The notes under the pieces were generated by a model. It made no database searches and was not told where the DNA came from. It was given only the letters and a program-made list of their open reading frames with translations. From IMG/VR virus record IMGVR_UViG_3300029854_000006: a stretch of DNA of 44,299 nucleotides. One strand, 5' to 3'. Made by a program: the position numbers and the translations under genes. Numbering within the stretch: the stretch's first letter is position 1; every line of letters begins with the position of its first letter. The stretch comes from a virus. Positions 24,959-34,456 of this stretch are shown here, in pieces.

Positions 24959-26425
24959 ATGGCAACCTATCAGCATGGCGTGTACAACCAGGAGCAGGCC
25001 ACGAGCCTGACCACGCCGATCCGAAGCAGCGCCGCCCTCCAGGTGATTTTCGGCACGGCACCCGTTCACCTGGCGGACGATCCGACCAAAGCGGCCAACA
25101 CCCCGAAACTGTGTTACAGCTTTGCGGAGTGCCAGGCCGCTGTGGGCTATTCCGACGATTTCAAAAACTTCACCCTTTGCCAGAGCATTGACGCAAATTT
25201 CCGGGTGTTCAATAACGCCCCCATTATTCTGGTGAATGTGCTGGACCCCGGCAATTCCAAGCACACCAAGAACAACGAGGAGGAGGACTGCGCGGTGGCC
25301 AACGGGCAGGCGGTCTATACCAAGCCCTATGTGCTGCTGGACACCCTGGTGGTGAAGAAAGACACCACCCCGCTGGTGGCAGAAACGGACTACACGGCGG
25401 CCCACGACGATGACGGGAATGTGGTGATCACGCTGATCTCAGAAACGGCAAAGGAGGCGGAAAGCCTGTCTGTTTCCTCCACCAGCCTGAACCCCACAGG
25501 CGTGACCAAGGAGGATGTGGTGGGCGGCGTGGACACCGAAACCGGCAAGGAAACGGGCCTGGAGCTGGTGCGCCAGATCTATCCCAAGCTGGGCCTGGTG
25601 CCCGGCCTGCTGCTGGCCCCCGGCTGGTCCCACGATCCCGTGGTGGCGGCGGCACTCCAGGCCAAGACCGGCAAGATCAACGGCAATTTCGACTGCAACA
25701 CCTATCTGGACATTGCGGCAGACAGCACGGGCGCCACGGTGTACACCGATGTAAAGACTGCCAAGGAAAAGCTGGGCGCAAGCTCCAACCACGCGGCGGT
25801 ATTCTGGCCCAAGGGAGCGGTGGGTGAAAAGATCTATTGCCTGTCTGCCATGGCGGCAGCGGAAACGGCGGCCACCGACGCAGCCAACGAGGATGTGCCC
25901 CATGAAAGCCCCTCCAATAAGGACCTGAAAATCACCGCCACTGTGCTGGATGACGGAACCGAGGTGGCGCTGGACCAGGAGCAGGCCAACCTCCTGAACG
26001 GCCAGGGCGTGATCACGGCCATCAATGCCAACGGTTTCAAACTGTGGGGCAACAACACGGCAGCCTATCCCTCCACCACGGATCCGAAAGACCGCTGGCT
26101 GGCGGTGCGGCGGTTTTTTGACTGGGATGGAAACAACTTCATCCTGACCTACTTCCAGAAAGTAGACAAGCCGGGCAACAAGCGGCTGATCCAGTCCATC
26201 GTGGACAGCCAGAACATCATTGGCAACGGGTATGTGGCCCGCGACTACTGCGCCGGGTATCGGCTGGAGTTCAAGGAGGATGAAAACCCGATCACCGACC
26301 TGCTGGACGGCAAGCTGACAACCCACACCTACCTGGCGCCATACATCCCCGCGGAGAAGATTGTGAACATCCGCGAGTACGACACCGCGGCCCTGGAGGC
26401 CGCGCTGACCGGAGGAGGCGAGTAA
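24959..26425 (+). CDS. Contractile tail sheath protein
   Basis: 488 aa. The C-terminal GFKLWGNNTAAYPSTTDPKDRWLAVRRFFDW block is typical of sheath proteins. The tube gene follows. Confidence 0.85.
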   Translation: MATYQHGVYNQEQATSLTTPIRSSAALQVIFGTAPVHLADDPTKAANTPKLCYSFAECQAAVGYSDDFKNFTLCQSIDANFRVFNNAPIILVNVLDPGNSKHTKNNEEEDCAVANGQAVYTKPYVLLDTLVVKKDTTPLVAETDYTAAHDDDGNVVITLISETAKEAESLSVSSTSLNPTGVTKEDVVGGVDTETGKETGLELVRQIYPKLGLVPGLLLAPGWSHDPVVAAALQAKTGKINGNFDCNTYLDIAADSTGATVYTDVKTAKEKLGASSNHAAVFWPKGAVGEKIYCLSAMAAAETAATDAANEDVPHESPSNKDLKITATVLDDGTEVALDQEQANLLNGQGVITAINANGFKLWGNNTAAYPSTTDPKDRWLAVRRFFDWDGNNFILTYFQKVDKPGNKRLIQSIVDSQNIIGNGYVARDYCAGYRLEFKEDENPITDLLDGKLTTHTYLAPYIPAEKIVNIREYDTAALEAALTGGGE

Positions 26426-26428
26426 CCC

Positions 26429-26947
26429 ATGAGCAAGAACATTCCGACCAAGGTAAACAACTACAATGTGTACAACGAGGGAGAAAAGCTGCTGGGCGTG
26501 GGGGATGAATTGACCCTGCCGGACTTTGAGGCCACCAGCGAAACGGTGAGCGGCGCCGGGATCCTGGGTGAGATCGACGATCCCACCATCGGCCATTTCG
26601 GAAATATGCAGCTGGAGATCCCTTTCCGCACCCTGGACAAAGAGGCCACCAATATGATGGACCAGACCAGGGCGGTGCAGCTGACGATCCGGGGCGCAGC
26701 CCAGGAGATCGACAGCTCCGGCAACATCGTGCCCAAGTCCATCCGGGTGGTGGTACGGGGCCGGGCGGCCAAGCTGACCGGCGGAAAGCTGAAACGGGCC
26801 AGCACAATGGACAGCGGCGTGACCCTGAATATCCTCTATATCCTGATCGAGGTAAACGGGGAAAGCGTCGTGGAGCTGGACAAGATGAACCCCACATACA
26901 AGGTCAACGGCGTGGATCTGCTGGCCGAATACAAGGAGATGTGCTAA
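26429..26947 (+). CDS. Tail tube protein (P2 FII-like)
   Basis: 172 aa. NNYNVYNEGEKLLGV...TLPDFE N-terminus. Synteny is sheath-tube-chaperone. Confidence 0.8.
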   Translation: MSKNIPTKVNNYNVYNEGEKLLGVGDELTLPDFEATSETVSGAGILGEIDDPTIGHFGNMQLEIPFRTLDKEATNMMDQTRAVQLTIRGAAQEIDSSGNIVPKSIRVVVRGRAAKLTGGKLKRASTMDSGVTLNILYILIEVNGESVVELDKMNPTYKVNGVDLLAEYKEMC

Positions 26948-27334
26948 ATGGATGAAATCAAGAGCAACGCCGCCCTGGAGGCGGATCAGACCACTGCACT
27001 GGCACCGGCGGCCACCGCGGAGGAGCCGGAGGAGGAAAGCCTGGTCCTGAAATTCAGCAAGCCGTACAAGTTCGAGGAGCAGGAATACACCGAGGTGGAC
27101 CTGTCCGCCATGGAGGACATGACGGCGGCGGACCTGTGCGCCGTGGGCAAGATCATGACCAGACTGGGCATTGTGAACCCTGTGGCGGAAATGACCGTGG
27201 ATTATGCCATTTATATGGCGGCCCGCGCCTCCGGCAAGCCTGTGGAGTTTTTCAAGGGCCTCCCCACCAAGGAGGGCATTAAGCTGAAAAACATGGTCAC
27301 GGGTTTTCTTTACGGCGGGGACGGCGAGGACTGA
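26948..27334 (+). CDS. Tail assembly chaperone (gpE/gpG-like), frame-0 product
   Basis: 128-aa acidic protein between the tube and the tape measure. Confidence 0.7.
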   Translation: MDEIKSNAALEADQTTALAPAATAEEPEEESLVLKFSKPYKFEEQEYTEVDLSAMEDMTAADLCAVGKIMTRLGIVNPVAEMTVDYAIYMAARASGKPVEFFKGLPTKEGIKLKNMVTGFLYGGDGED

Positions 27335-27480
27335 CCCCGCCAGAAATCAGAAAGGCTTGTGTGGGCCTGTCCTATCTGCTGCGGACAGGGGTTGACTACT
27401 TTATGGGCCTGCCCATAGAGGAATTGCAAGAACTGGCGGAGGAGGCGATCAGGTTATATGGCAAAAGGAAAAGCCTATGA
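26948..27480 (+). CDS. Tail assembly chaperone, -1 frameshift-extended product (gpE+E'/gpGT-like)
   Basis: The -1 frame is open from 27283 to the TGA at 27478-27480. It encodes ...TPPEIRKACVGLSYLLRTGVDYFMGLPIEELQELAEEAIRLYGKRKSL. The slip heptamer is at 27301. Confidence 0.55.
27301..27307 (+). promoter_or_regulatory. Programmed -1 ribosomal frameshift slippery heptamer G GGT TTT
   Basis: X XXY YYZ in the zero frame (GGT 27302-27304, TTT 27305-27307), inside the window where both frames are open. Confidence 0.5.
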
Positions 27481-29677
27481 GCTGGCGATCAAGATAGCCG
27501 GCAGAGTGGACAGCTCTTTGAAAAAAGCCTGCCTGGACGCGGACGAAAACCTGGGCCAGCTGGCAAAGACAGCGGAAAAGATCGGGAAAGCCGCCAAGGT
27601 GGCCGCCGGCGTAACTGCGGCGGCGGCCACTGCGGTGGGCGTGGCCGCTGTCAAGTCCTATACGGAGCATGAGCAGGCCGTGAACAGCATGGCGGCGGCA
27701 ACCGGAGCCGCCGGCGAGGAACTGGACAACCTCCAGGGAGCAATGGAGGCAGTTTACAAAAACAATTTTGGTGAAAACCTCCAGGACGCGGCGGACGCTG
27801 TGGCCACGGTGGACAGGAACCTGAAAAACATATCCCCGGATGAAATCCAGGAGGCCACGGAGGCGGCCCTGGCGCTCCGGGACACATTCGAGTACGGCGT
27901 GGAGGAAAGCACACGCGCCGCGGCGGCCATTACAAAGAATTTCGGCGGATCCACAAAAGAGGCGTTCAGCCTGATCGCGGCGGGTGCCCAAAACGGCCTG
28001 GACTACTCCGGGGAACTGATCGACACCATCAACGAGTATTCCAGCCAGTTCTCCAAACTGGGATTTACGGCGGACGGCATGTTCCAACTGCTGCAAAGCG
28101 GCGCGGACAGCACGGCGTGGAACTTGGACAAGGTGGGCGACGCCATCAAGGAGTTTTCGATCCGAGCCATTGACGGCAGCGACACCACGGTGCAGGCGTT
28201 CCAGGATTTGGGCTACAATGCCGACGCCATGATGGAAACCTTTGCCGGCGGCGGCGAGGACGCAAACAAGGCATTTTTTGATGTGTTAAACACCCTGATG
28301 GATATGGACGATCAGGTGAAGCGGGACGCGCTGGGCGTGGCCCTGTTCGGAACTATGTGGGAGGACCTGGGCGCGGAGGCCATGCAGGCAATGGCGGACG
28401 CCTCCACGGCAGCCTATGACACCAAAGGGGCACTGGATCAGATCAATTCTGTGCGATACAACGACCTGGAGAGCGCAATGCAGGGAGTGAAACGCCAGGC
28501 GGAGGGGATCCTGTGGACCATCGGGGAACAGCTGGAGCCGTACATACTGGACGGCCTGAACTTCCTATCGGCAACCGTTATCCCAAATGTGCAGACCGCT
28601 GTGGAAAAACTGGGTGGATATGTGAAAAGCAATATCATCCCGACGATCAAGACAGCGGCCCAATGGATCGGGGAAAACAAGGACATGCTGCTGACCCTGG
28701 CCGGGGCCGTTGCCACCGCAGCGGGGGCTTTCGTAACCCTGCGGACAGCGGGGCAAGCAGCGGGGGCCATTAAGGGGATCGGCACGGTATTGGGTACGGC
28801 GGTCAAGCAGGGCGGCCTCCTGAAAACCGTTGTGGGCCTGCTGGGCGGAAAATTCACCATCATCATAGCGATTATTGCGGCGGTGGCGGGTGCTTTTGTG
28901 ATCCTGTGGAACAGAAGTGAAAAATTCCGCACTGCGGCCATGGGGATCTGGCAAAAGGTACAGCCGCTCATACAGGCGTTTGGCAATCTGGTGAGCCTGA
29001 TCGCAACCAGCCTGGCCCCAGTTCTGTCGAACCTGGCCAGCGTTGTGCTGGCGGGACTGGAGGCCGCTTTTGTGGCATTTGCACCGTACATCCAAAATGT
29101 GATTGCAATTTTAACGAGCCTGATCGAGTTTGTAACCAATGTGTTTTCTGGAAACTGGGGCGCCGCCTGGCAGAACATAGTGGACATTTTCGGAAATGTG
29201 TTCGGCATGATCGTGAACCTGGCAAAAGTTCCTATAAACGCGGTAATTTCGGCAATCAACTGGGTTATTTCCAAAATAAACAGCATTTCCGTAACAATCC
29301 CGGACTGGGTGCCGGGCGTGGGCGGCACAACCCTGGGCTTCAATATCCCGACCATTCCGGCCCTGGCTGCCGGCGGCATTGCCACGGCCCCCACGCTGGC
29401 CATGATCGGTGAGGGCGGAGAGCCGGAGGCGGTCATGCCGCTGTCTAAACTGGCGGCCCTGCTGGATGAATGGACCAAGCCGAAACCGAAAGGCGGCGGA
29501 GGCGGCCAGGAGAACGGCGACGGGGACCGGATCGTGTGGTCCCCTGTGTTTAATTTCTACGGCAACACCACCAAGGAGGAGGCCGTGGAAGCCGCCCGCA
29601 TGAGTTTTGCGGAGTTCAAAAAGATGTACAAGCAGATGAAAGCCGAGGAGCGGCGCAAAAAGTTTGCCCCGGCGTAA
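27458..29677 (+). CDS. Tail tape measure protein
   Basis: 739 aa, Ala/Gly-rich helical with a central hydrophobic segment. Position is after the chaperone. Confidence 0.85.
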   Translation: MAKGKAYELAIKIAGRVDSSLKKACLDADENLGQLAKTAEKIGKAAKVAAGVTAAAATAVGVAAVKSYTEHEQAVNSMAAATGAAGEELDNLQGAMEAVYKNNFGENLQDAADAVATVDRNLKNISPDEIQEATEAALALRDTFEYGVEESTRAAAAITKNFGGSTKEAFSLIAAGAQNGLDYSGELIDTINEYSSQFSKLGFTADGMFQLLQSGADSTAWNLDKVGDAIKEFSIRAIDGSDTTVQAFQDLGYNADAMMETFAGGGEDANKAFFDVLNTLMDMDDQVKRDALGVALFGTMWEDLGAEAMQAMADASTAAYDTKGALDQINSVRYNDLESAMQGVKRQAEGILWTIGEQLEPYILDGLNFLSATVIPNVQTAVEKLGGYVKSNIIPTIKTAAQWIGENKDMLLTLAGAVATAAGAFVTLRTAGQAAGAIKGIGTVLGTAVKQGGLLKTVVGLLGGKFTIIIAIIAAVAGAFVILWNRSEKFRTAAMGIWQKVQPLIQAFGNLVSLIATSLAPVLSNLASVVLAGLEAAFVAFAPYIQNVIAILTSLIEFVTNVFSGNWGAAWQNIVDIFGNVFGMIVNLAKVPINAVISAINWVISKINSISVTIPDWVPGVGGTTLGFNIPTIPALAAGGIATAPTLAMIGEGGEPEAVMPLSKLAALLDEWTKPKPKGGGGGQENGDGDRIVWSPVFNFYGNTTKEEAVEAARMSFAEFKKMYKQMKAEERRKKFAPA

Positions 29678-29689
29678 GGAGGTGCGCAC

Positions 29690-29902
29690 ATGGCAAAAAC
29701 CTACACCACCCAACAGGGGGACGCCTGGGACGCTATCGCGCACAAGGTATATGGAAGTGAAACATATACAGGCTGGCTTATGCAGAACAACCTCCCCATG
29801 CTGGATATTTTCGTATTTGAGGCGGGGACGGTGCTTCAAACACCGGACCTGCCGGAGGATGACAAGGCAGAAAACATGCCGATCTGGAGGACGGGAGCAT
29901 GA
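29690..29902 (+). CDS. Tail protein X (LysM-like, P2 gpX family)
   Basis: 70 aa. YTTQQGDAWDAIAHKVYG...LQTPDL pattern. The gpD-like gene follows. Confidence 0.7.
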   Translation: MAKTYTTQQGDAWDAIAHKVYGSETYTGWLMQNNLPMLDIFVFEAGTVLQTPDLPEDDKAENMPIWRTGA

Positions 29903-31194
29903 AAACACGCAGGGCGGCGGTAGATCTGACCTGGAACGGCGCGGCAGTTCAAAGCAAAATGCTGGGCCAGAACACAGAGATCACCTACACGGACCCAGCC
30001 AGCGGAGAGGCGGACAGCCTGGACATTGCGATCCACGACCGGGACAGGCAATGGACGGTGGCGTGGCTGCCCCTGGCGGGCGATACGCTGGAGGCCACCA
30101 TAAAACTCTCCGACTGGGAGCGGGAGGGCGACAACCGCGCCCTCCCCTGCGGGTTTTTCATCCTGGACAATTTCGAGTTTGCGGGGTGGCCTATTACAGG
30201 GACCATTTCCGCCGTGTCGGTGCCGGCGGACGGCGCTTTCCGGGAAACCGAGCGGACAAAGACCTGGGAAAAGGTAACCGTCCAGGAGATCGGGAAAGAG
30301 ATCGCCAGCCGGGCGGGCATTGCCCTGGCCTGGGATGTGGAGGGAACGCCTTTCACGATCCAGTCCATTGAGCAGTCCGGGCAAACCGACTGCGATTTTT
30401 ACATGGAGCTGTGCGACACATACGGCTACGCCATGAAAGTGTATGCCCAAAAAATCGTGGTATTTGACCGGGAGGCATACAAGAAAAAGGACCCGGCGCT
30501 GACCATACGGGAAAGCGACATTGAAAGCTGGAACTGGAAAAAGACACTGGCCGGGACATACACCGGAGGGGAGTACGCCTACACGGACCCGATCACCGAG
30601 GAGGAGATCAAGGCCACGGTTGGAACCGGCAGCCGGATTTTGAAACAATCGGGAAAAGCGGACAACCTGGCCGACGCGGAGCGGAGGATCCAGGCAGCGG
30701 TGGACAAGGCGAACCACGGAGCCACCACCCTGTCCGTGACCATGACAGGAAACGCCGCCCTGGTGGCCTCCCAGTGTGTCACTGTGGTGGGCCTGGGGCG
30801 CCTGTCTGGAAAGTATTACATAGACAGCATTACACACCATGTCGGGGCGGGGTACACCATGGACCTGGAGCTGTCCCTGGTGGAAGCCATGACCGAGGAA
30901 GTGATCAAGGACGCCACAGAGCGGCTGGCCGCCGTGGGCGTCATGGCCTCCCCGGAGTATTGGGTGGCCCATTACAAGGATGTGAAGCACCTGGACGGCC
31001 TGATCCTGAACATGGCAACCCGGATCAAGGTCAACCTGGGCGGGAAAAGTATCACGACGGTGGACGCGGCGCTGAAAGTGCTGACCAACACCGGGGTGAT
31101 CAACTCCCCGGACTACTGGGCCACCGCCTACTCCTCCCTGGCATGGCTGGACACTCTGCTGATCAGCGCGGCCAACGCCCTGACAGCGGATTGA
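29899..31194 (+). CDS. Late control D / baseplate hub protein (P2 gpD-like) with C-terminal SPxYW repeats
   Basis: 431 aa. Synteny is X-D-V. Two C-terminal repeats: GVMASPEYWVAHY...LDGLIL and [13 protein letters not shown]...LDTLLI. Confidence 0.75.
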   Translation: MKTRRAAVDLTWNGAAVQSKMLGQNTEITYTDPASGEADSLDIAIHDRDRQWTVAWLPLAGDTLEATIKLSDWEREGDNRALPCGFFILDNFEFAGWPITGTISAVSVPADGAFRETERTKTWEKVTVQEIGKEIASRAGIALAWDVEGTPFTIQSIEQSGQTDCDFYMELCDTYGYAMKVYAQKIVVFDREAYKKKDPALTIRESDIESWNWKKTLAGTYTGGEYAYTDPITEEEIKATVGTGSRILKQSGKADNLADAERRIQAAVDKANHGATTLSVTMTGNAALVASQCVTVVGLGRLSGKYYIDSITHHVGAGYTMDLELSLVEAMTEEVIKDATERLAAVGVMASPEYWVAHYKDVKHLDGLILNMATRIKVNLGGKSITTVDAALKVLTNTGVINSPDYWATAYSSLAWLDTLLISAANALTAD

Positions 31195-31204
31195 GGAGAA
31201 CGAC

Positions 31205-31600
31205 ATGGCAAATGAAATTTTCAGGGTGGGCAAGGTTTCATCCATTGACTACGCCGCCGGCCTGGTGCGGGTGGTCTACCCAGACAAGGACAACAGCGTG
31301 ACCGCCCCACTGCCCATGCTATGCACAGAATACAACATGCCAAAGGTGGGGGATCCCGTAATGGTGCTGCACCTATCCAACGGGACCGAGGCGGGGCTGG
31401 TGCTGGGCCGGTATTGGTCCGGCAATAACAAGCCCACGGAGGGCGCGGAGGGCCTGTACCGCAAGGACCTGGGCCGGACGCCGGGGGAAGCCATGATCCG
31501 GTATGACGGCAGCACCCTGACCATCCAATGCGCCGGGGCCATCAACATTGAGGCCGGAGGGGCGGTGACCATCAACGGCGCTACTATCGACCTGAACTAA
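31205..31600 (+). CDS. Baseplate spike protein (gpV-like OB fold)
   Basis: 131 aa. FRVGKVSSIDYAAGLVRVVYPDKD...GDPVMVL pattern. Confidence 0.75.
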   Translation: MANEIFRVGKVSSIDYAAGLVRVVYPDKDNSVTAPLPMLCTEYNMPKVGDPVMVLHLSNGTEAGLVLGRYWSGNNKPTEGAEGLYRKDLGRTPGEAMIRYDGSTLTIQCAGAINIEAGGAVTINGATIDLN

Positions 31601-31614
31601 AGGAGGCGGGATCC

Positions 31615-31953
31615 ATGCCGCAGGCGGCAAGAATAACCGACGCGGTGGCGGGAACCACCGCCGGGGAACACACAGGGCATGTGCCGCCCCACTCCCCGGA
31701 ACCGTTCAGCGGGGAGATCTCCGGGGCGTGTTCGGGGACAGTGCGGATCAATGGCCTGTCCGCCGCTACGGTGGGGAGCATTACCACCGAGCGGGACGGG
31801 TGCTGCGGGTCCAGCAAGGGCGCCGTGGGCGCCGGAAGCGGGACGGTACGGATCAACGGGAAGCCGGCGGCCCGCACGGGCGACGCCCTGACCGCGCACA
31901 GCGGGAGCGGGACCGTGACGGGCGGCAGCCCTGATGTAAGGATAGGAGGGTAA
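31615..31953 (+). CDS. PAAR-domain spike-tip protein
   Basis: 112 aa. AARITD...GSGTVRINGKPAARTGD...GSPDVRIGG, with PAAR-like repeats. Confidence 0.75.
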   Translation: MPQAARITDAVAGTTAGEHTGHVPPHSPEPFSGEISGACSGTVRINGLSAATVGSITTERDGCCGSSKGAVGAGSGTVRINGKPAARTGDALTAHSGSGTVTGGSPDVRIGG

Positions 31954-31956
31954 GCT

Positions 31957-32352
31957 GTGACCATTGGAACGCTGGGGCGGAAAATCGTCTTTGAGGTGAG
32001 CGACGAAACCGCCCTGATCCTCCAGGAAATGACCAGGGAAACCTCTGGGCGTTGGGCAATCCATGAAGCAATGGGAGCAAAGCCAAAGGCGGAGTTTTTA
32101 GGCCCTGGCCTCCAGACTGTAAACCTGACCATATACCTGTCCGCCGGGCTGGGGGTGCGACCCCGGTCCGTGCTGGAGGCGGTGGAGGGCATGGTGGAGG
32201 CAGGGACGGCGGAATATTTGGTCATCGGCAACAGGCCGGTGGGAAAAAATCCGTTTCGGCTGACCGGATCAAGCGAAACCTGGTCCACCATATTCAGCCG
32301 CGGGGAGCTGGTCAAGGCCGCCCTGTCCATCACGCTGGAGGAATACGCATGA
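31957..32352 (+). CDS. GpU-like tail protein
   Basis: 131 aa with a GTG after ataggaggg. Pattern W..HE..G.KP..EFLGPGL..V.L.I.L... Confidence 0.5.
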   Translation: MTIGTLGRKIVFEVSDETALILQEMTRETSGRWAIHEAMGAKPKAEFLGPGLQTVNLTIYLSAGLGVRPRSVLEAVEGMVEAGTAEYLVIGNRPVGKNPFRLTGSSETWSTIFSRGELVKAALSITLEEYA

Positions 32353-32651
32353 ATATTTCACCTTTTGATTTTCAACTGCAATTCACATTTGCCAATGACG
32401 CCATGGCGGAGCTGGACCGAAAGCTGGCCTTGCTTTACTCCACAAGGGAGGGAACCATGCCACTGGATCGGGAATTTGGGATCAACATGGATTTTGTAGA
32501 CATGCCGCCGGAGGTGGCAAAGAGCCTTTACACGGCGGAGATCACGAAAAAGACGGCCCAATTCATCCCGGAGGTGCGGGTGCAGTCCGTCCAATGGACC
32601 CATGGCGGCGAGGGCGTATTTTATCCCAAGGTGGTGATTACAAGTGCCTGA
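32349..32651 (+). CDS. Baseplate wedge protein (gpW/gp25-like)
   Basis: 100 aa upstream of gpJ. LLYSTREGTMPLDREFGI pattern. Confidence 0.7.
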   Translation: MNISPFDFQLQFTFANDAMAELDRKLALLYSTREGTMPLDREFGINMDFVDMPPEVAKSLYTAEITKKTAQFIPEVRVQSVQWTHGGEGVFYPKVVITSA

Positions 32652-33798
32652 CATGTCAGCAATCGAGAACACGCCGGAAATCAGTTTTATTGACAATAAG
32701 ACGGTGGAAGATGTGCGCAGCGAAATGGTGGCCGATTATGAGGAACACATGACGCAGGCCCAGGGCGTGACTGTTTCCCTGGACCGTGCCAGCGTCCACC
32801 GCATGATCCTGTACGCCGCGGCGGCGCAGATCTACCAGGCCATGCAGTACATAGACCGGCAGGGAAAGCAAAGCCTATTGAAATACAGCTATTCCGACTA
32901 CCTGGACAATCTGGCGCTTTTTAAGGGCGTCACCAGAAGCCCAGCCACGGCGGCAACCTGTACCCTGCGCTTTACCCTGGCGGCGGAGCGGGAAACGGCA
33001 ACGGCCATCCCGCAAGGCACCAGGGTGGCGTCCTCCGGGTCCGTGTACTTTGCCACGGACGAATACGCGGAGATCCCACCAGGCGGCACCGAGGTGGAGG
33101 TGGCGGCCACATGCACCGAAACCGGAAGCGCCGGAAACGGCCTGACCGCCGGGGAACTGTCCACCATGGTGGATCCCGTCCCCTATGTGGCCAGCGTAAC
33201 CAATACCGCGACCACGGAGGGCGGGGCGGAGATCGAGAGCGACGCGGACCTGGCGGAGCGGGTTTTCCTGGCACCCGGCGCCTATTCCACGGCGGGACCG
33301 GAGGACGGCTACCTGTACCACGCCAAGGCGTACAGCCCGGCTATTGGGGATGTGGTGGCCACCAGCGACCAGGAGGCCGGAACGGTGGACATTGTTTTCA
33401 TCATGGCGGATGGGGCAAAGCCTGGGCTGGAAATGATCAACGGGCTAAAGGGCTATCTGCAAGACAAGACGATCCGGCCCATGACGGATCTGGTCAATGT
33501 ATCGGCCCCGGAGGAAGTCCAGTACACCATCAACATGACCTATTACATCAACCGGAGCGACAGCGCCAAAGCCGTGACCATCCAGGCGGCGGTGGCCAAG
33601 GCCGTGGCGGATTATCAGACCTGGCAGCGTGCCATTGGACGGGACATAAACCCCTCCAAGCTGGTGGCCATGGTCATGGAGGCCGGGGCCAAGCGGGTGA
33701 CCGTGACGGCCCCAGCATACACCGCCGTGGCGGCCACCAAGGTGTCCGCCCTCCAGGAAGAGGCCACCGTGACCTATGGAGGGCTGGAGGATGATTAA
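32644..33798 (+). CDS. Baseplate J-like protein
   Basis: 384 aa. Synteny is W-J-I. Typical N-terminal FIDNKTVEDVRSEMVADYE. Confidence 0.8.
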   Translation: MPDMSAIENTPEISFIDNKTVEDVRSEMVADYEEHMTQAQGVTVSLDRASVHRMILYAAAAQIYQAMQYIDRQGKQSLLKYSYSDYLDNLALFKGVTRSPATAATCTLRFTLAAERETATAIPQGTRVASSGSVYFATDEYAEIPPGGTEVEVAATCTETGSAGNGLTAGELSTMVDPVPYVASVTNTATTEGGAEIESDADLAERVFLAPGAYSTAGPEDGYLYHAKAYSPAIGDVVATSDQEAGTVDIVFIMADGAKPGLEMINGLKGYLQDKTIRPMTDLVNVSAPEEVQYTINMTYYINRSDSAKAVTIQAAVAKAVADYQTWQRAIGRDINPSKLVAMVMEAGAKRVTVTAPAYTAVAATKVSALQEEATVTYGGLEDD

Positions 33799-34444
33799 AC
33801 TTTCCGGGAGCCGCTTTACAGACATTATGCCGGAAAACCTGGCCAGCCAGGCGGAGGTCCAGGCGATTGCCTACGCTGTGGGGCGACAGGTGGAAAAACT
33901 GTGCGCCTATTCCGACGCAGCCAGGACCTATGCGGCCATTGCCACCATGCCGGAGTGGCTGCTGGATTACATGGCCGTGGAACTACGCACACCGTCCTAT
34001 GATGAAAACTATTCTGTCAAGACCAAGCGGGCACTGATCGAGGGGTCCCTGTTGTTTTACACACAGATGGGCACCCCGGCGGCGGTCAACCGGATTATTG
34101 AAACCATCTTTGAAACCGGGTACATCGAGGAGTGGTACGAGTACGACGGCGATCCGCACCATTTCCGGGCCTATGTGGGGGACGGCGGCGAGGTAGGGCC
34201 GGGAGAGCTGGAGGAGTTCCGGCGGGTCCTGGCCTCTGTCAAGCGCCTTTCATCCTGGCTGGATGATATTATCACCATTTCACAGATGGATCCGGCGGCC
34301 CTGACCATAACAGGCGCCATGGGGCGGGGCTACATGTCCACCGCCCTGCCGGCGGCGCCCATGGACTACGGCATGGAGGCCCCGATCCGAGCGGGCGGGG
34401 TTTTCGGAACCATCACACAGACCGCCATACCGGCGGCGGAGTAA
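33791..34444 (+). CDS. Tail protein I (P2 gpI-like)
   Basis: The ATG at 33791 overlaps the gpJ stop. The protein begins MIKLSGSRFTDIMPENLASQAEVQAIAYAV. Confidence 0.7.
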   Translation: MIKLSGSRFTDIMPENLASQAEVQAIAYAVGRQVEKLCAYSDAARTYAAIATMPEWLLDYMAVELRTPSYDENYSVKTKRALIEGSLLFYTQMGTPAAVNRIIETIFETGYIEEWYEYDGDPHHFRAYVGDGGEVGPGELEEFRRVLASVKRLSSWLDDIITISQMDPAALTITGAMGRGYMSTALPAAPMDYGMEAPIRAGGVFGTITQTAIPAAE

Positions 34445-34456
34445 GAGGAGGCAACC

